Part shown: piece after piece, positions 1 through 12,085 of the stretch
How the letters are laid out: every line of letters starts with the position of its first letter
Position numbering within the stretch: the first letter of the stretch is position 1
Assembly (NCBI GenBank): GCA_965287045.1
Contig: OZ336877.1
Span: 60,698,001-60,762,000, forward strand
Reading direction: 5' to 3'
Source: Carcharhinus amblyrhynchos
Taxonomy: Eukaryota
DNA length: 64,000 nucleotides
The notes under the pieces: generated by a model
The model's input: the letters and a program-made list of their open reading frames with translations, nothing else
What the model was told of the DNA's origin: nothing
The model's database searches: none
Position numbers and translations under genes: made by a program

Positions 1-489
1 CCTCAGTGAGAACAAAGCCTTTGTCATGTACCATCCCAGCCATTGTGAATTTCAAGTAACATTACCACCAAAGACTCCTACTAACTCAGCAATAGCCCAT
101 AGAAATCAATCAGCAACTGATTTGAAAATAGTTGGCAATTCCTTTTCATAACTTTTGGGGGCATTGGGATGGGGCTGTGGTCTATTTCTTGCTTCTGAAT
201 GCATGTGTAGCTGTGTGAGATTAAAAAAAATTAGTTGGCACATTAAAGCACTAATAAAGTTAGGTGAGCACTGCACACTGGCCAAGGCATGATCTGACTA
301 CTCTGCAGATGTCTTGTGCGCACTCTCAGCACATGCGCTAGCAACTTATCTATTATGGTACCTAACATAGCCTGCACTATGACATCAGTTTGGACCAAAA
401 ACTGCACTGCAGCCCTGAAAATACAGGCACTGCACAACTAAATGTTTTACAACTTTACGTGAAACCTTTTAGAAACACTAATATATCAA

Positions 490-3400
490 ATTCTAGTCAC
501 CAGACTTCAGGAACGATATCTATACCTTAACAAAAGAGAATACTGAAGAGTCACGTGAATGACACCAAGGATGAGAGACCGCAATCAGATAGAGAAAATG
601 GAGAAACTAGATGTTGTCCATAGAGCAGAGAAGGTTGAAGCGCTCTGACGAAAGTTTTCAAAATCGTAAATGGTTTTGAAAGAGTAATTTAGAAGGATGT
701 AGATTTAAAGTGATTGGCAAAAGAACCAGAAACAACATGAGCAAGATATTTTTTGCAATAACTTGTTACTGTTGGGATGGTGTTGGTTACAGATTGATAT
801 GTCTTGAAAAAGTCTCCATTGTCTTCTATATGTTAACTGTAAGCCTTTATTAACTACTAGAACTATTTACACCTACGATAAAGAGTACAAGCTTGGAGCT
901 TCCTTTACATTTATATCAATACACATCTCTGATTAATACCACATTGATCATGAGTCTCAGTCATGTGTCTTCTCAGATTATTGTGTGAACACTATTGTAC
1001 GTAGTCCCACATTAACCCAAATGCTCCTTCCACCCCAAGTGTTTATCCAATGTATTTATGCTAGTTTGCTTCATGTCTTACATTGTTATCAGTTCCATAC
1101 ATTTATATTGCTGTTACTACATTGTCCCCTCACTTCAAGTCCTTGAATTTAAATATTCAGGAGTCTAAAGGCCTTATAAGCCTTCCATATCTCAGTTCTG
1201 TTGGAGGAATGGTAGGCTCTGTCATTGCTATTGACTTAGAGATTGAATTGGCATCTGAGTATGCTTTCATTCTTTTCTTCCATTCTCTCATGTTGAACTG
1301 TATTTGGTTTGCCTGGCTGTTGCTTTGATGAATGGTTGCTGCTATTTGATCCTATTTCTTGTGTGGTGGATGAATATTTTGTTTAGATCCTTGTTGTTTC
1401 TTTTTCCTCTTCCATCATCATATGGGTTATTTCTGTGGCTGAGACAGAGCATTCATGTAGCAAGAGGAAGACTTAGTGGTATGTCCATTACTGCTTTTCA
1501 ATGTCGGCCACAGACAGCTGCTACCAGGTTCCATTATGTCTTGAGGCTTTGGCATGCCAACTAGGAGTTACATTGTTTGCAGGGTGGTTGACCTGCTGTA
1601 CTGTTGTTGGGGCCTCTTCCACTGGAGGCGTTTTGCTTATGTTCTGTGTTGTTGGCTGGTCTGATTATTGAGGGTTAACTGGGATCTGTAATGAGAATGA
1701 GCAACTTGCTCAGCAAAGACAGAAGACAGTTCAGAGCTGAAGTCGCAGTCAGGATACTCTTTGATTACTCAGAAGCTTGCAGTTCTGTTTGGTTAATGAG
1801 AGTGATTGCCTTGATATCATCTGCCGTCTTGAGGAAGTTGAATGCTATGCAGGCATCTCTGCAAGAGACAGACTGGTTATGGAGGATATACGTCAGCTTG
1901 AAGATCTGTTTCCTGCCCTACCTCAATGGTTCCAATCATATCAATTTCTGGAAATTGGATTCCTCTGGTCCTGTAGAATGGTGTGTCTGCTATTTGAAGC
2001 CAGGCATCTTTGGTTCTTTGTCTGATAAGATTATCATATTAGCTCCTTTATTTAATTTAAATTTTGTTTAAATGATCATTGACTGAAATGTCCACATTCC
2101 AAAATGAGAAACCAAGATCTTTGACTTCACCCAGGAAGCATGGCTGTGTGAATCTGGGCTTGCGGTCTTGACCTTGTGGCAATCTTTTGACCTTGCACGC
2201 ATTCCAGAGCTCTTGCCTTGCATAGTTTGCCATAGTATCCAATCATGTTGCACTGGAAGCATTGGGCGGCACTTGCTGGGCATTGATCTAGCCTGTGGGG
2301 ATCTTCATTCCTCAGCAATTGACATGGTTGCTCTGCAGGTTGGTCCAGCAATTGTTTTCCCTGGCTTGGAATGTCTCTGTGGCCTAGCAAGCTGGACTGA
2401 GTGTTGGTCTCCGCATCATGTTTTATCTTTTCCCCTGAATATTGTTCTGTCCTACTCACTAAGTTCTGACTTTCTAACTATCTGGATTGTCTTTTCCAGT
2501 GTTAGATCCTTCTTTGCTTGTAGGAGGTCAAAGAACACATCAACTTTTACTTCTACCCTATTAATTAAGACTTCAAATCTGCACTTTCATAATTGTCTTG
2601 CCATCCGGTACAGATCAATGATGAATAAATCGACTGCTTACTCTGGCAATTGGACTCTCTCATAAAATTTAGCTCTTTGAGGTATGTTATTGATTCTTAT
2701 ATTAAAATAAATGTCAAATGATTTTAATACCTCTTTGAATTTTGCAGATAATTTGCTAATTCTTTGTCTTTTCTGCAATTGGGCCTATCAAGTAAAACAG
2801 CTTGTGATTTGTCTGGGCCTTGGATTAGTCTGAATTGACTTGGAGTGTGGAATTATGATCCATGTTAAAAAATTTTAAAAGTGAATGTGCAGTTTTAAAG
2901 CTGTCCATATTGCAAGACAGTACCGCTGATCACTCGACAATAATGACATTTGCTGCGCTTGCCACTTTTGGTGGAATCTGTAAAATGCTAACAGCACTCT
3001 TCTTGAAAAGCATTTTTAACAATGGTTGTCTGGATCAGCTGCCTGCTGACTTCTTTGGTTCTGCTGTTTACTTTGTAAACTGTTGAATCAGTCGAATTGG
3101 AGCATCTGTTTGTTACTGAGCTGGGCAATCACAACATTCCCAGCATAATTATTTTTTTTTCATTGGTTGGAAGCCATGTTTCCAGACTTTGACTCAGGAA
3201 ATGGGTTTTAGTACAGGTTTGTTTCAAATGGTACTTCTGCACTGAGTTACTTGAGGAGTCCTCGAGACGTGCTGCAGCCTGGCATTTTGAAAGATTTAAC
3301 CCACCTTTGAGTTGACTCTGCAAAGTGAAGATTTTTCTGTTGCAGCTCAGGAATGTTAGATTCCTGTCTTCGGCTTCCAAACCTTTCTTTGAAGCTTTGT

Positions 3401-4005
3401 CTGGCAATTTTCTCTCTGCACATCTGCTTCTTCTGAAGCTTCTTTCTAGTCAGAATGCTCCGTTGAATTTTTCTCAGTCTTCCAGTATTTTCAGTTTGTT
3501 TCTGCATTTGAGCAAGGTTCTGGGTTTTTATCTGCCCACTGCCATCATGTTGGGAGGGTGTTGGTTACTGATTGGTATTTCTTTAAAAAAAAGTCTCCAT
3601 AGTCTTATATAGGTTAACTATAAGTCTTAAACAACTAGAACTTTTTGTACATGTACAGCGAAAAGTACAATCTGGGCGCTGTCCCCATGCTTAGGTCTAT
3701 ATCCATCTTTGCTCAACAGCATGTACTGACCCTGTGTCTGGGCCATCTGCCTTCTTCCACACTGTGTAGACGGTGCTTTATTCAATCCCATGTTAACCCT
3801 GCTTCTCCTGCATTACCTGGAAGACAATGCCTGAAAGGATGGCAGAAATGAATTTAACATCACGGGTTACAAGGAAATTGGATTAAAAAAATGAAAAATT
3901 GCAGGGCTATGGACAAAGAGCAGGGGATTAGGATTAATTGGGTAGTTTCAGAAGTCAGTACAGTCAAGGTGGATCAAATTACCATCTCGTGTGCTATGTC
4001 ATGAA
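490..4005 (+). mobile_element. CR1-type LINE 3' fragment split by an LTR element (pieces ~490-769 and ~3817-4005)
   Basis: Typical CR1 3' text (gatttaaagtgattggcaaaagaaccaga) resumes after the LTR element as ctggaagacaatgcctgaaagg...gcagggctatgg...gagcagggga. Confidence 0.7.
770..3812 (-). mobile_element. Degenerate, internally deleted Gypsy-like LTR retrotransposon with two LTRs (~770-1020 and 3548-3812)
   Basis: Direct repeats beginning TGTTGGGA.GGTGTTGGTTAC at 770 and 3548. Candidate TSD TTAC (766-769 and 3813-3816). tRNA-Leu-like PBS TGATGGCAGTGG next to the 3548 end. Gag remnants (DLLQAKKDLTLEKTIQIVR), zinc knuckle CPASAAQCFQCNMIGYYGKLC, and protease remnant FKLNKGA (from FKLDTGA). No RT seen. 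Confidence 0.8.
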
Positions 4006-4792
4006 GGGATTCTATCATTAAAATCTCCTTGCATGTTAATTTTGGTGTGAACACAAATTTTGGTGTGAACATGATGGGTATATTTAGTCATGATAAAACT
4101 GAAATATATTACTTTGCATTTTATTAATTTTTCCAATATTCTTGTAAAATGTTGCAGTTACTAAACTGCAGGAAAAGACTGTCAATCCACAATCCATTAC
4201 ACAGTGTTTTGTATTTTGATGTACGATTATGTTGGTATAAGAAAATAAAACTTTTATTATGCTCTGTCTTATACTATCTCTGGAACAGCAATGCTACTGG
4301 CTCCCAACTGTTAAAAGACTAACATATGGTTAAGAAATCTATTTTGTGTGAAAGAATTACTTGCATTTACTTACATTTTTTATTGAGTTCTGTAGTTATA
4401 TCTTAAAATTTAAAAAGCCTGAAAATGTAGTTGAAAGAGAATATCTGTAAGGCTGCAATTATTACCCAAATGCTCTTAGATAATTGTAATCTACTCATGA
4501 ACACAGCTTTCTGTTTAGACCTTAATGTACACATGAATACATATGTTTAGCTATGTTGTGTGATACAATCCTGCTGTGTCTTTATTTTAGGTTTTGAACT
4601 AGTAACACCCCAAATAAAACTATGAGGAAGGGCCATCAAGAAGGTGATACAACTGCTTTTTAGCTGAGCTTAAAAACAAGATTACTTTAAAATGAGATTG
4701 GAGAATGAAAGGAAATATCTGGTGGTGTGTATCATCTGTTATGATGCATCCTTGGTGATCATGGTATTGATGGGAAGTATGTGCAACATTTA

Positions 4793-6013
4793 GGGTGGAA
4801 TTTTCTCAGAAAAATGCTAAGTGCAAATGTGCGAGGAAATAAATGTTTACTCACCCATTTTTCTAGTGAAGTTATGCGAATGTATGGCATCCTGTGCAAT
4901 ACAGAGGCCATAATCTGATTCCTGCCAATAGGGGAGCCTATTTTCACTGGGAAGTTGGCTGCAGACTGATAGGGGCACTATTATATGTGTATACAGTATT
5001 CTGGAAGATCTGTCAACCTTGTGTCCCCACCCCCAATCATCAGCCTCTTGACTGGCGGACCAACGTACCCCCCCTCCAATTGCCACCACCCTGATCGCCA
5101 GCCCCAACCCTCAGCTCCATCACCCGGCAGCCCAATGCAGACACCCACTTCCCGCCTCTCCTACCAACATCACTTCCCCTGCCTGGGTCTGCCCCTGTCA
5201 AAATCCTGCCCTGTCAAGCCTGGCCCCTGATGGGCACTGCCAGGGTACCAGGCTGGCACTGGCCAAGGGTCACTGCCCTGGCTCTGTCCCCACCCTGACC
5301 ACCCACGAGCTGCTTCACATCAGGTCCCCATTGGAGAGGACAGTCTATGATGCTTGCCGGTGATGACCTCCATTAGTCAGATAAAACATTAATCAGTAGA
5401 CCTTTGCCCATTCTTCATGTTCAAATGATGACTGCCTTTGATATGCCATGCAATGGAACATCTTGAGGATGTGATAAAGTGTCACAAACAGGCATGATGG
5501 CAGGTGGTCCAAAAGAATTAGATAGATGTCATTGGATTCCCTCTGTATTTGGAAATGGGAAGTGCCCAATGTGGGAAACCACCCCAACAGCTATGGGATG
5601 TCAGGTAGACTCATTATTGAGCCACCTGAGAGTAATCATCCCTGAGCCCAGCAGAATTTAGTCCTAGTTCCGGTTTTTAATAGGACTTGTACTGCTCGCC
5701 TGTGCCTCCTGTAAGCAATCCATGTTGGGTTTGCTTGCATCCTTGTCTCATTGTCAGGCACTTAGAAGCTGTTTGAGGGACCTGGCATTGAGAAGTGGGA
5801 ACAGCTGAAAGCCACACCCCTGCTCTTGTCTCCAAGGACCCCTAACACCACTCCCCACAACCCCATCCTGTCCCATTTACTGTGTCCAGGGATCCAGCAA
5901 CCAGGCCTCATTATATTACTGGCAGCACCCATTGCACCCAGAGGAGCTGCTGGCAATGCAGAGCTGCCAATCTCTGGTAGGCTGGCAGGTCTCGGGAGGA
6001 GAATTTTCACCCC
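4793..6013. mobile_element. Non-autonomous DNA transposon (Harbinger-type MITE-like)
   Basis: Starts TTA-GGGTGGAATTTTCTC and ends GAGAATTTTCACCC (imperfect TIRs). GC-rich non-coding interior. The segment gcctattttcactgggaagttggctgc recurs at ~21737-21762. Confidence 0.55.
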
Positions 6014-8149
6014 ACTGGGGATTTGAATGTGTGGAAGGACAAAATCACACTGGGCATTCTCCCACAGAAGTGATGTGGGCTCTCACCTGTTATTCAACTG
6101 AGGAAGGGCAGGGGGACATACCTGACACTGGCACTATACATCTGCTGTAGATATTCTCCTAGTTTCAGTGGAGCAAGTTATCTCTGTAACTGGTCTGCAT
6201 GGCTTTTAGATCCCAGAATTAACTAGCATTGTTTAATATATGCATTCGTATTACTTAGGGGCTGTAATAATGCCTCTTGAAATATAAATTAGCTATGGTA
6301 AATTCACATGTACCCCCACGTGCCCTTCTCCAATCTTTCAATAGATGAGATGAACATTGTTAAGTTCAGGTCAGTGACACATTAAGGAGCTGGCTTAGTT
6401 TGTAAAATATGGGTGAGTGAACAAACAACTGCAGACTACTAAAACTTTCCCTCCAACATTTGATAAAGCAACAAAAACACATCAACTATCCCAAAATTCA
6501 TTGTTTTGATGTTTCTGCAAATAACTGTCACTGCTATTATTACTTTGACATCTGGAACTTCTATGCTGTCTTGAAGCTTTTTAAGGCATCTTTGAGGTAT
6601 GTTACCATCAACTTCCTTCATAGTTTCCAACCACCCATTTTTCATAAACCAAAACCAGTCTATTTGTTTAACTTGCTAAAATGTAATCAACAAAAAATAA
6701 AAAGGAAATCTTTACTCGTAAAAGATTTGCCAACTAATCCTGTGATAGAGACAAATTCTGAAATGATACAATGTCCAATGTGCATAGTGAGAAAATTTAC
6801 GAACACATTTCTGCCTCAGAACATTATTTAACATCTTATAAACCTGAAGCCTTTTTATTACTATATTTTTGAAGCTATTTTAATGATTAGATCATCTCAG
6901 TTGACAAATTTCCTAGTTTTCTTGTTACAGTGATAAGTAACCAGATCTTGCCAAAGCTATTTGACTCCCAAGATGTATTTGGCTGATTGCGATGTCTTCA
7001 CTAAACAGCTCTGCTGATTTTCATCGTGACTATTGCTGCTGCTGCCGTTGCTCTCTCTCCAATACCTCTGCCTGTCTGAATTTGTTTCTGTTACCCATAC
7101 AACATATTAATAGAGACTTGACTAACTTCAATCTGTCTCATTGAGAAACCCATACTGTAATAGATATTAAGCGAATTGTCAAACCACCATGAATTTAAAC
7201 TGGTCATTATATCCATTTAAAATTCTTCTGTCTTGGCATTTAGCTGTCTATGGACAGCTAGCTGATCTAACCTACTGCGAACATAATTCCTGACGCATAT
7301 GCGCATTATTTGACAGCATCATAAATTTATCCTGTGTGGTGGTTACCAGAACAGTAATGATTACATTAACAACAATGGCCATTTGTGGGAATAGTCAATT
7401 TTTAAAATTACCAAACGTGACATCATGCACACAATTCTCTTGGTAAAGGTCTCCTTTCTGGTATTTTCATTCTTCACAATGAGAGTAGTTGTTCCAAGGA
7501 AAAATGACATTAGCAGAATCTTTGAGAGATAAAACCTCCTCCTTTCTATTGCTTTAAAGCTAAACTAGGAATTTGTTAACAATCACTTGGTTGGAATTAT
7601 TCTAACCAGAGATCACTGATCCAAAGACCGATGGGTATACAATGGTCCATTTAAAAATGGGGACTGAAGTATTTATCATAAAGGTAAACTGAAATGAGGG
7701 ACTTAGAGAACTCATCCTCTCCCCACCCAAATCAACTATCCCCTATTTTGAATGCCCCCAGATTCAATTACCCATGCCCCTAACAACCCCCTTACCCCCA
7801 ACTACCCAAGCCCACACCTTCTGCACTGTGTCACACCATCCAAACCCTGAAGACCTTTTAAACATTTATCTGAACACCAATACTTGGTATGTTTAAAGAG
7901 GGGGTGTGTCCTCGTCCCTGCTCCTCTTCACCATGCTCACCATGATGGCCACACCCATAGATTGCTAATGCAGTCAGGACTGGAAGATCTGACTGCAAAG
8001 ACAGAGAAAGGTAAGGTTGCAATTTTTTTTAGTCACTCTAGCATTGCCACTGACTGGAAGATGTGGCCCATGGGTTCATTTAAAACTGTTGTTCTTAATC
8101 CATTTCCAATTCATCGCTTTTAAAAAGATAATTGTTTTATTTTGACCTA

Positions 8150-9250
8150 AGTAGCACAGTGGTAGCACTGTCATTTGAGTCGAAAAGCTGTGGATTCAAA
8201 TCCTGCTCCAGAGACTTAAGCACAGAATTTAATTTGAGAGTTCAGTGCAGAACTATCAAAGGTATCTTTGGATGAAACATTAAACTGTCCACTCAGTGCC
8301 ATGGGGTATTTTTTGTTCACCTATTTTGAAGAGAAGGGAAGTTCTCCCCAGTACTCTAATCAATATTTACCCCTCAGCAAATCTTGAAATAGATTACCTG
8401 GTTGATATCATATTGTTGTTATGGAGTTTGCTGTGCCCAAATTGTCTGTCTATCACAATAATAATGACATTTTTCTCATTCGTGCAATGTAAGTATTATT
8501 GATCAGACCAGAACCCGTTGCCCTTCCCTAACTGCCCTCATGCACAAAAAGATGTCCCTAATTGCCCTCGTGGAGGTGATGGTGAATTACCATCGTGGGA
8601 ACCACTGTGGTTCATGATGTAAAGGTATACCCACAGTGCCGTTGGGAAGGAAGTTCCAGGATTTTGACCCAGTGACAGTGAAGGAACAGCAATATAGTTC
8701 CAAGTCAGGATGGTATGTGGTTTAGAAAGGAACTTTCAGGGGGTCTAACTCTAACTACAACATATTAGTCTATGGAGCAGCTGCCCCAATTGTGATACAA
8801 GTCCTCAGCTGTTCAGAATTCAACTGAGCAGGATGAACCTTTGTTGTTTCTGGTGCCTAGGTTAACACTGGGTTGTCTGTTTGGTTTTATGCCATTTCGG
8901 CGAGCAATTAAAAATGAACCACTTTGCTGTGGGCCTGGAGTTATGTATAGGTTAGAATCCATCAGGATAGATTTCTTTCTCTTAAAGGTGTGAATCAACC
9001 CAATGAGTTTTAAGACAATCATATTCCACGATCATCAACAGTGCTAGCTTTTTATTCCAGTTTTAGTAATTAATTGAATTTAAATTTCTCCCAGTTGCTC
9101 TGGTGAGATGTGAACTCCCGTCTCCAGCACGTTAATCCAGGCCTCCGGACTGTTATTCTAGTAAAATTACCATAATGCTACCATTCCCTTATAAAGTATT
9201 TTGGGGCTTCCTGAAATTGTGAAAAGTGCAAAATAAATTCAGGTCTCCCT
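8150..9250 (+). mobile_element. SacSINE1/DeuSINE-like SINE (pieces ~8150-8500 and ~9190-9250) with nested minus-strand LINE-tail (~8505-8745) and SINE (~8920-9185) fragments
   Basis: tRNA-like head (ggtagcact...ggattcaaatcctgctccagagactt), Deu-like core (ctattttgaagagaagggaagttctccccag...aatatttacccctca), and L2-type tail. Confidence 0.6.
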
Positions 9251-9304
9251 TTAAAATCCGAATTTTTGAATTGTTATTCGCCAAATAGATAATCCATCTT
9301 CATT

Positions 9305-9620
9305 AGAAACATAGGAAATAGGAGCAAGGATTGGTCATTCAGCCCCTTGAGCCTGCTCAGCCATTCGACTTGATCAGCCTAATCTACCTCAATGCTATTT
9401 TCCCACACTTTCCTCCTATCCCCTGATATCTAGCGATCTAGTGATCTCTGTCTTGAACATACAGCCCTCGGAGGGAGAATATTACAAACATTCACCATTG
9501 TCTGAGTATAAAAATTCTTCCTCATCTCAATTCTAAGTGACCTCCCTCTTACTCTGAGACTGCACTCCAGGCTCTGCACCTTCCAGCCAGAAGAAACATC
9601 CTTCCTGTATTTACTCAGTT
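9305..9620 (-). mobile_element. CR1 LINE 3' end
   Basis: tagaaacataggaaataggagcaagg...ggtcattcagccccttgagcctgct is the reverse complement of the CR1 3' tail. Confidence 0.75.
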
Positions 9621-10279
9621 AATCAATTTTCTTGATGTTTTTCATATTTGCCTAACTCCTGGGTGTTTTTATCAATAATTTTTATGACATTTGCAGCTGT
9701 TAACATCTTGAGATTTATATTCCCACTTGCAGAGCATTATTATCAAATCATTAAATTACATCTGGCCCCATCTGTTTTGGTTGACAATGGAACATTCTAT
9801 TGATTGAGTTACACATTGACCAAAGTGACCAATTTCTTAAGGTTTAATGCAGCAATATCTTTACAGTGAAATTATCAGGAGGATCTTTGATGTGCTTAAG
9901 CTTAAAATCAGAGAAGACCACTGGTAGGGTGCAATAAAGTTGTCAGTTAGATCAGGGTGCGAATATTTCATGTTCTGCTCTTTCTGGGAGCCTTATAACA
10001 TACAGACAGAGATAATGACAGCGGAACAGGCAAAGCTGTGGATGGGACTCGAGGGCCAGAAGTGAGTTGGCTGAGCCTGCATACCTAAAGAAAGAATACA
10101 TTTCTAGGCAATGTTCAACCCCCTTACAAATGTGACTGATTGGGACCTCTGGCACGACCCACTCATAATCAATATAGCTTGACATATTTTGTGGCTTTAT
10201 AGAGCAGCTGGATGTGCTCATATTGAAAGCGGCACACACCAGGATTAATTACACTTAATGACCATGCTCAGCCCTGTAT

Positions 10280-11050
10280 ACTTTAATGAGGTCAGTGCTG
10301 AAGGTCTCACAGTATCAATGTCAAAGTCACCACTGCTTTCAACTTTCTTTGCTTCCTGGAGTCTGCCAAAGATGTATTCAGGATCTATTGGACAACCTTC
10401 CACAAATCCGTTTAGACAACCTTATTTGCAGAGATAGGCATTTAGGCTGGGATGATGCTGGGCAAAATGAGTAACTGTTTAGCCTTTGCAGCCTTGGCTT
10501 GGCACACTCAGGTTCAGAGCATTTTCAATGGCATACACACAGTAATCAGGCATCCTGAGGTCAACCAGGAATATTTGTCAACTGCAAGGCTTCCACTCCA
10601 TTAATATCTGGTGTGCAGATATTTTTCCAGTTATTTATAAGATTCTCAAACAGCTGCTGTGATATTTTCATTCTGAGGCAGTGCAAGCTCATTGACACCT
10701 TTGGACCAGGAAGCAGATTTAAGGTGTGGCTACTCAGAGATGAGGGAAATCTACTTCAAACTTGTTTGGTGACACCTGTTGGAAACGTGAAAAACCCAAT
10801 GCAGTAAGTATACAATGAATGCCCATACAACCACCAGATGTGGGATTGGGCAAGCCATCAAATGCTGAATATGTGCTTCTGGTGCACACTGAAAGATAGC
10901 AGCCAGGAGTGTCCAAATGATTTGTGGTTTGCCGTGTTCTGCACAACATTGTGCAATTGTAAAGCTTAGACCTGTAGGAGCTTAGGCAGCTCAGATCTGC
11001 TCAGATGATCAACATGAGAAAGAAAACAAGGAAGGCGATGAATGGTGATG
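10280..11050 (+). pseudogene. Harbinger (PIF/HARBI1-type DDE) transposase fossil
   Basis: Reading across frameshifts: VKVTTAFNF, PGIFVNCKGFHSINI, SCCDIFILRQ, VWLLRDEGNLLQTCLVTPV (from GWLLGDxGYPLxxWLMTP), YNE..HTTTRCGIGQAI, FVVCRVLHNI. Confidence 0.8.
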
Positions 11051-11484
11051 TAACTATCACGTGCTACTTATTTTTCTGCTAGTGATATCCTCAATTCAAA
11101 GCTCCCTTAGATTGTATCAGAAGACTATGTCACAATGAATGCAATGTCACTTTGCCCACCCTTCAATCAATGCCACTGATGCAAGGCAGCCCTACAACCA
11201 ACCAGCCAGCCCTTGAGCATCTCCCTGTTGCTCCCCATTAATGTGTGTCATTCCATTCATTATCAAAGTTAAAAAGGAAATTGTGCACATGCTGTAAATT
11301 CTCAGATTTTTAAAGCCTATTCTTTCACAGGACGTGGGCATAGCTAGCTAGCATTTATTGCCCATCCTTAATTGCTCTTGAGAAGGTGATGGTGAGTAAT
11401 GTTCTATAACTTCTGTAGTCCATGTCCATAAAAACAAAGTACTGAACTAGACAGGCACTACCTGTGGAGAGAGAAATGTTTTAT

Positions 11485-11810
11485 CAGAATCATAGAATCC
11501 TGACAGTGCAGGAGGAGGCCATTTGGCCCATCGAACCTGCACTAACATCAATCCCACCCAGGGCCAATCCCCGTAACCCCACAGATTTACCCTGCTAGTT
11601 CCTCTGACACTAAGGGACAATTTAGCATGGCAATCCACCTAAACCGTACAAACTATGGACTGAGTGAGGAAACCAAAGCAGCCGGAGGAAACCCACGCAG
11701 ACACAGGGAGAACATGCAGGTGCCACATAGACAGTGACCTGAGGCCAGAATTGAACCTGAGGCCCTGGCATTGTGAGGCAGCAGTGCTAACAATCATGCC
11801 ACTGTGCTCC
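11485..11810 (-). mobile_element. HE1/V-SINE-type tRNA-derived SINE with CR1-type tail
   Basis: catagaatcctgacagtgcaggaggaggccatttggcccatcg...tttagcatggcaatccacctaa...ggaggaaacccacgcagacacagggagaac...gtgaggcagcagtgctaac. Confidence 0.9.
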
Positions 11811-11859
11811 CCAGTGATCTTCCATTAAAACTAAAAAAAGACATGTAATTGGTTTAATC

Positions 11860-12085
11860 AAATACAGAGGCAGGGGAAGGGGGTGGAGAACAAACAAAAT
11901 GGAATGTATTTGATAATGTGGAAGGCAAGAGAGGTTAAATGTCAAAAGGGTTGATGGCACAAGGCAATTGGGGCAAAAGTTGGGTCTAGTGGCAGTACAA
12001 CTGAGAACAGCAGAATCATTATCAACAGTAATTGTAGCAAAAAATGGGTCAGAGGTTATGTTTTGAAATCATTGAATTCAATGTT
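11860..12085 (-). mobile_element. Penelope-like retroelement fragment
   Basis: Purine-rich segment ending gaggttatgttttgaaatcattgaattcaatgtt, resembling shark Penelope 3' regions (recalled consensus). Confidence 0.4.
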
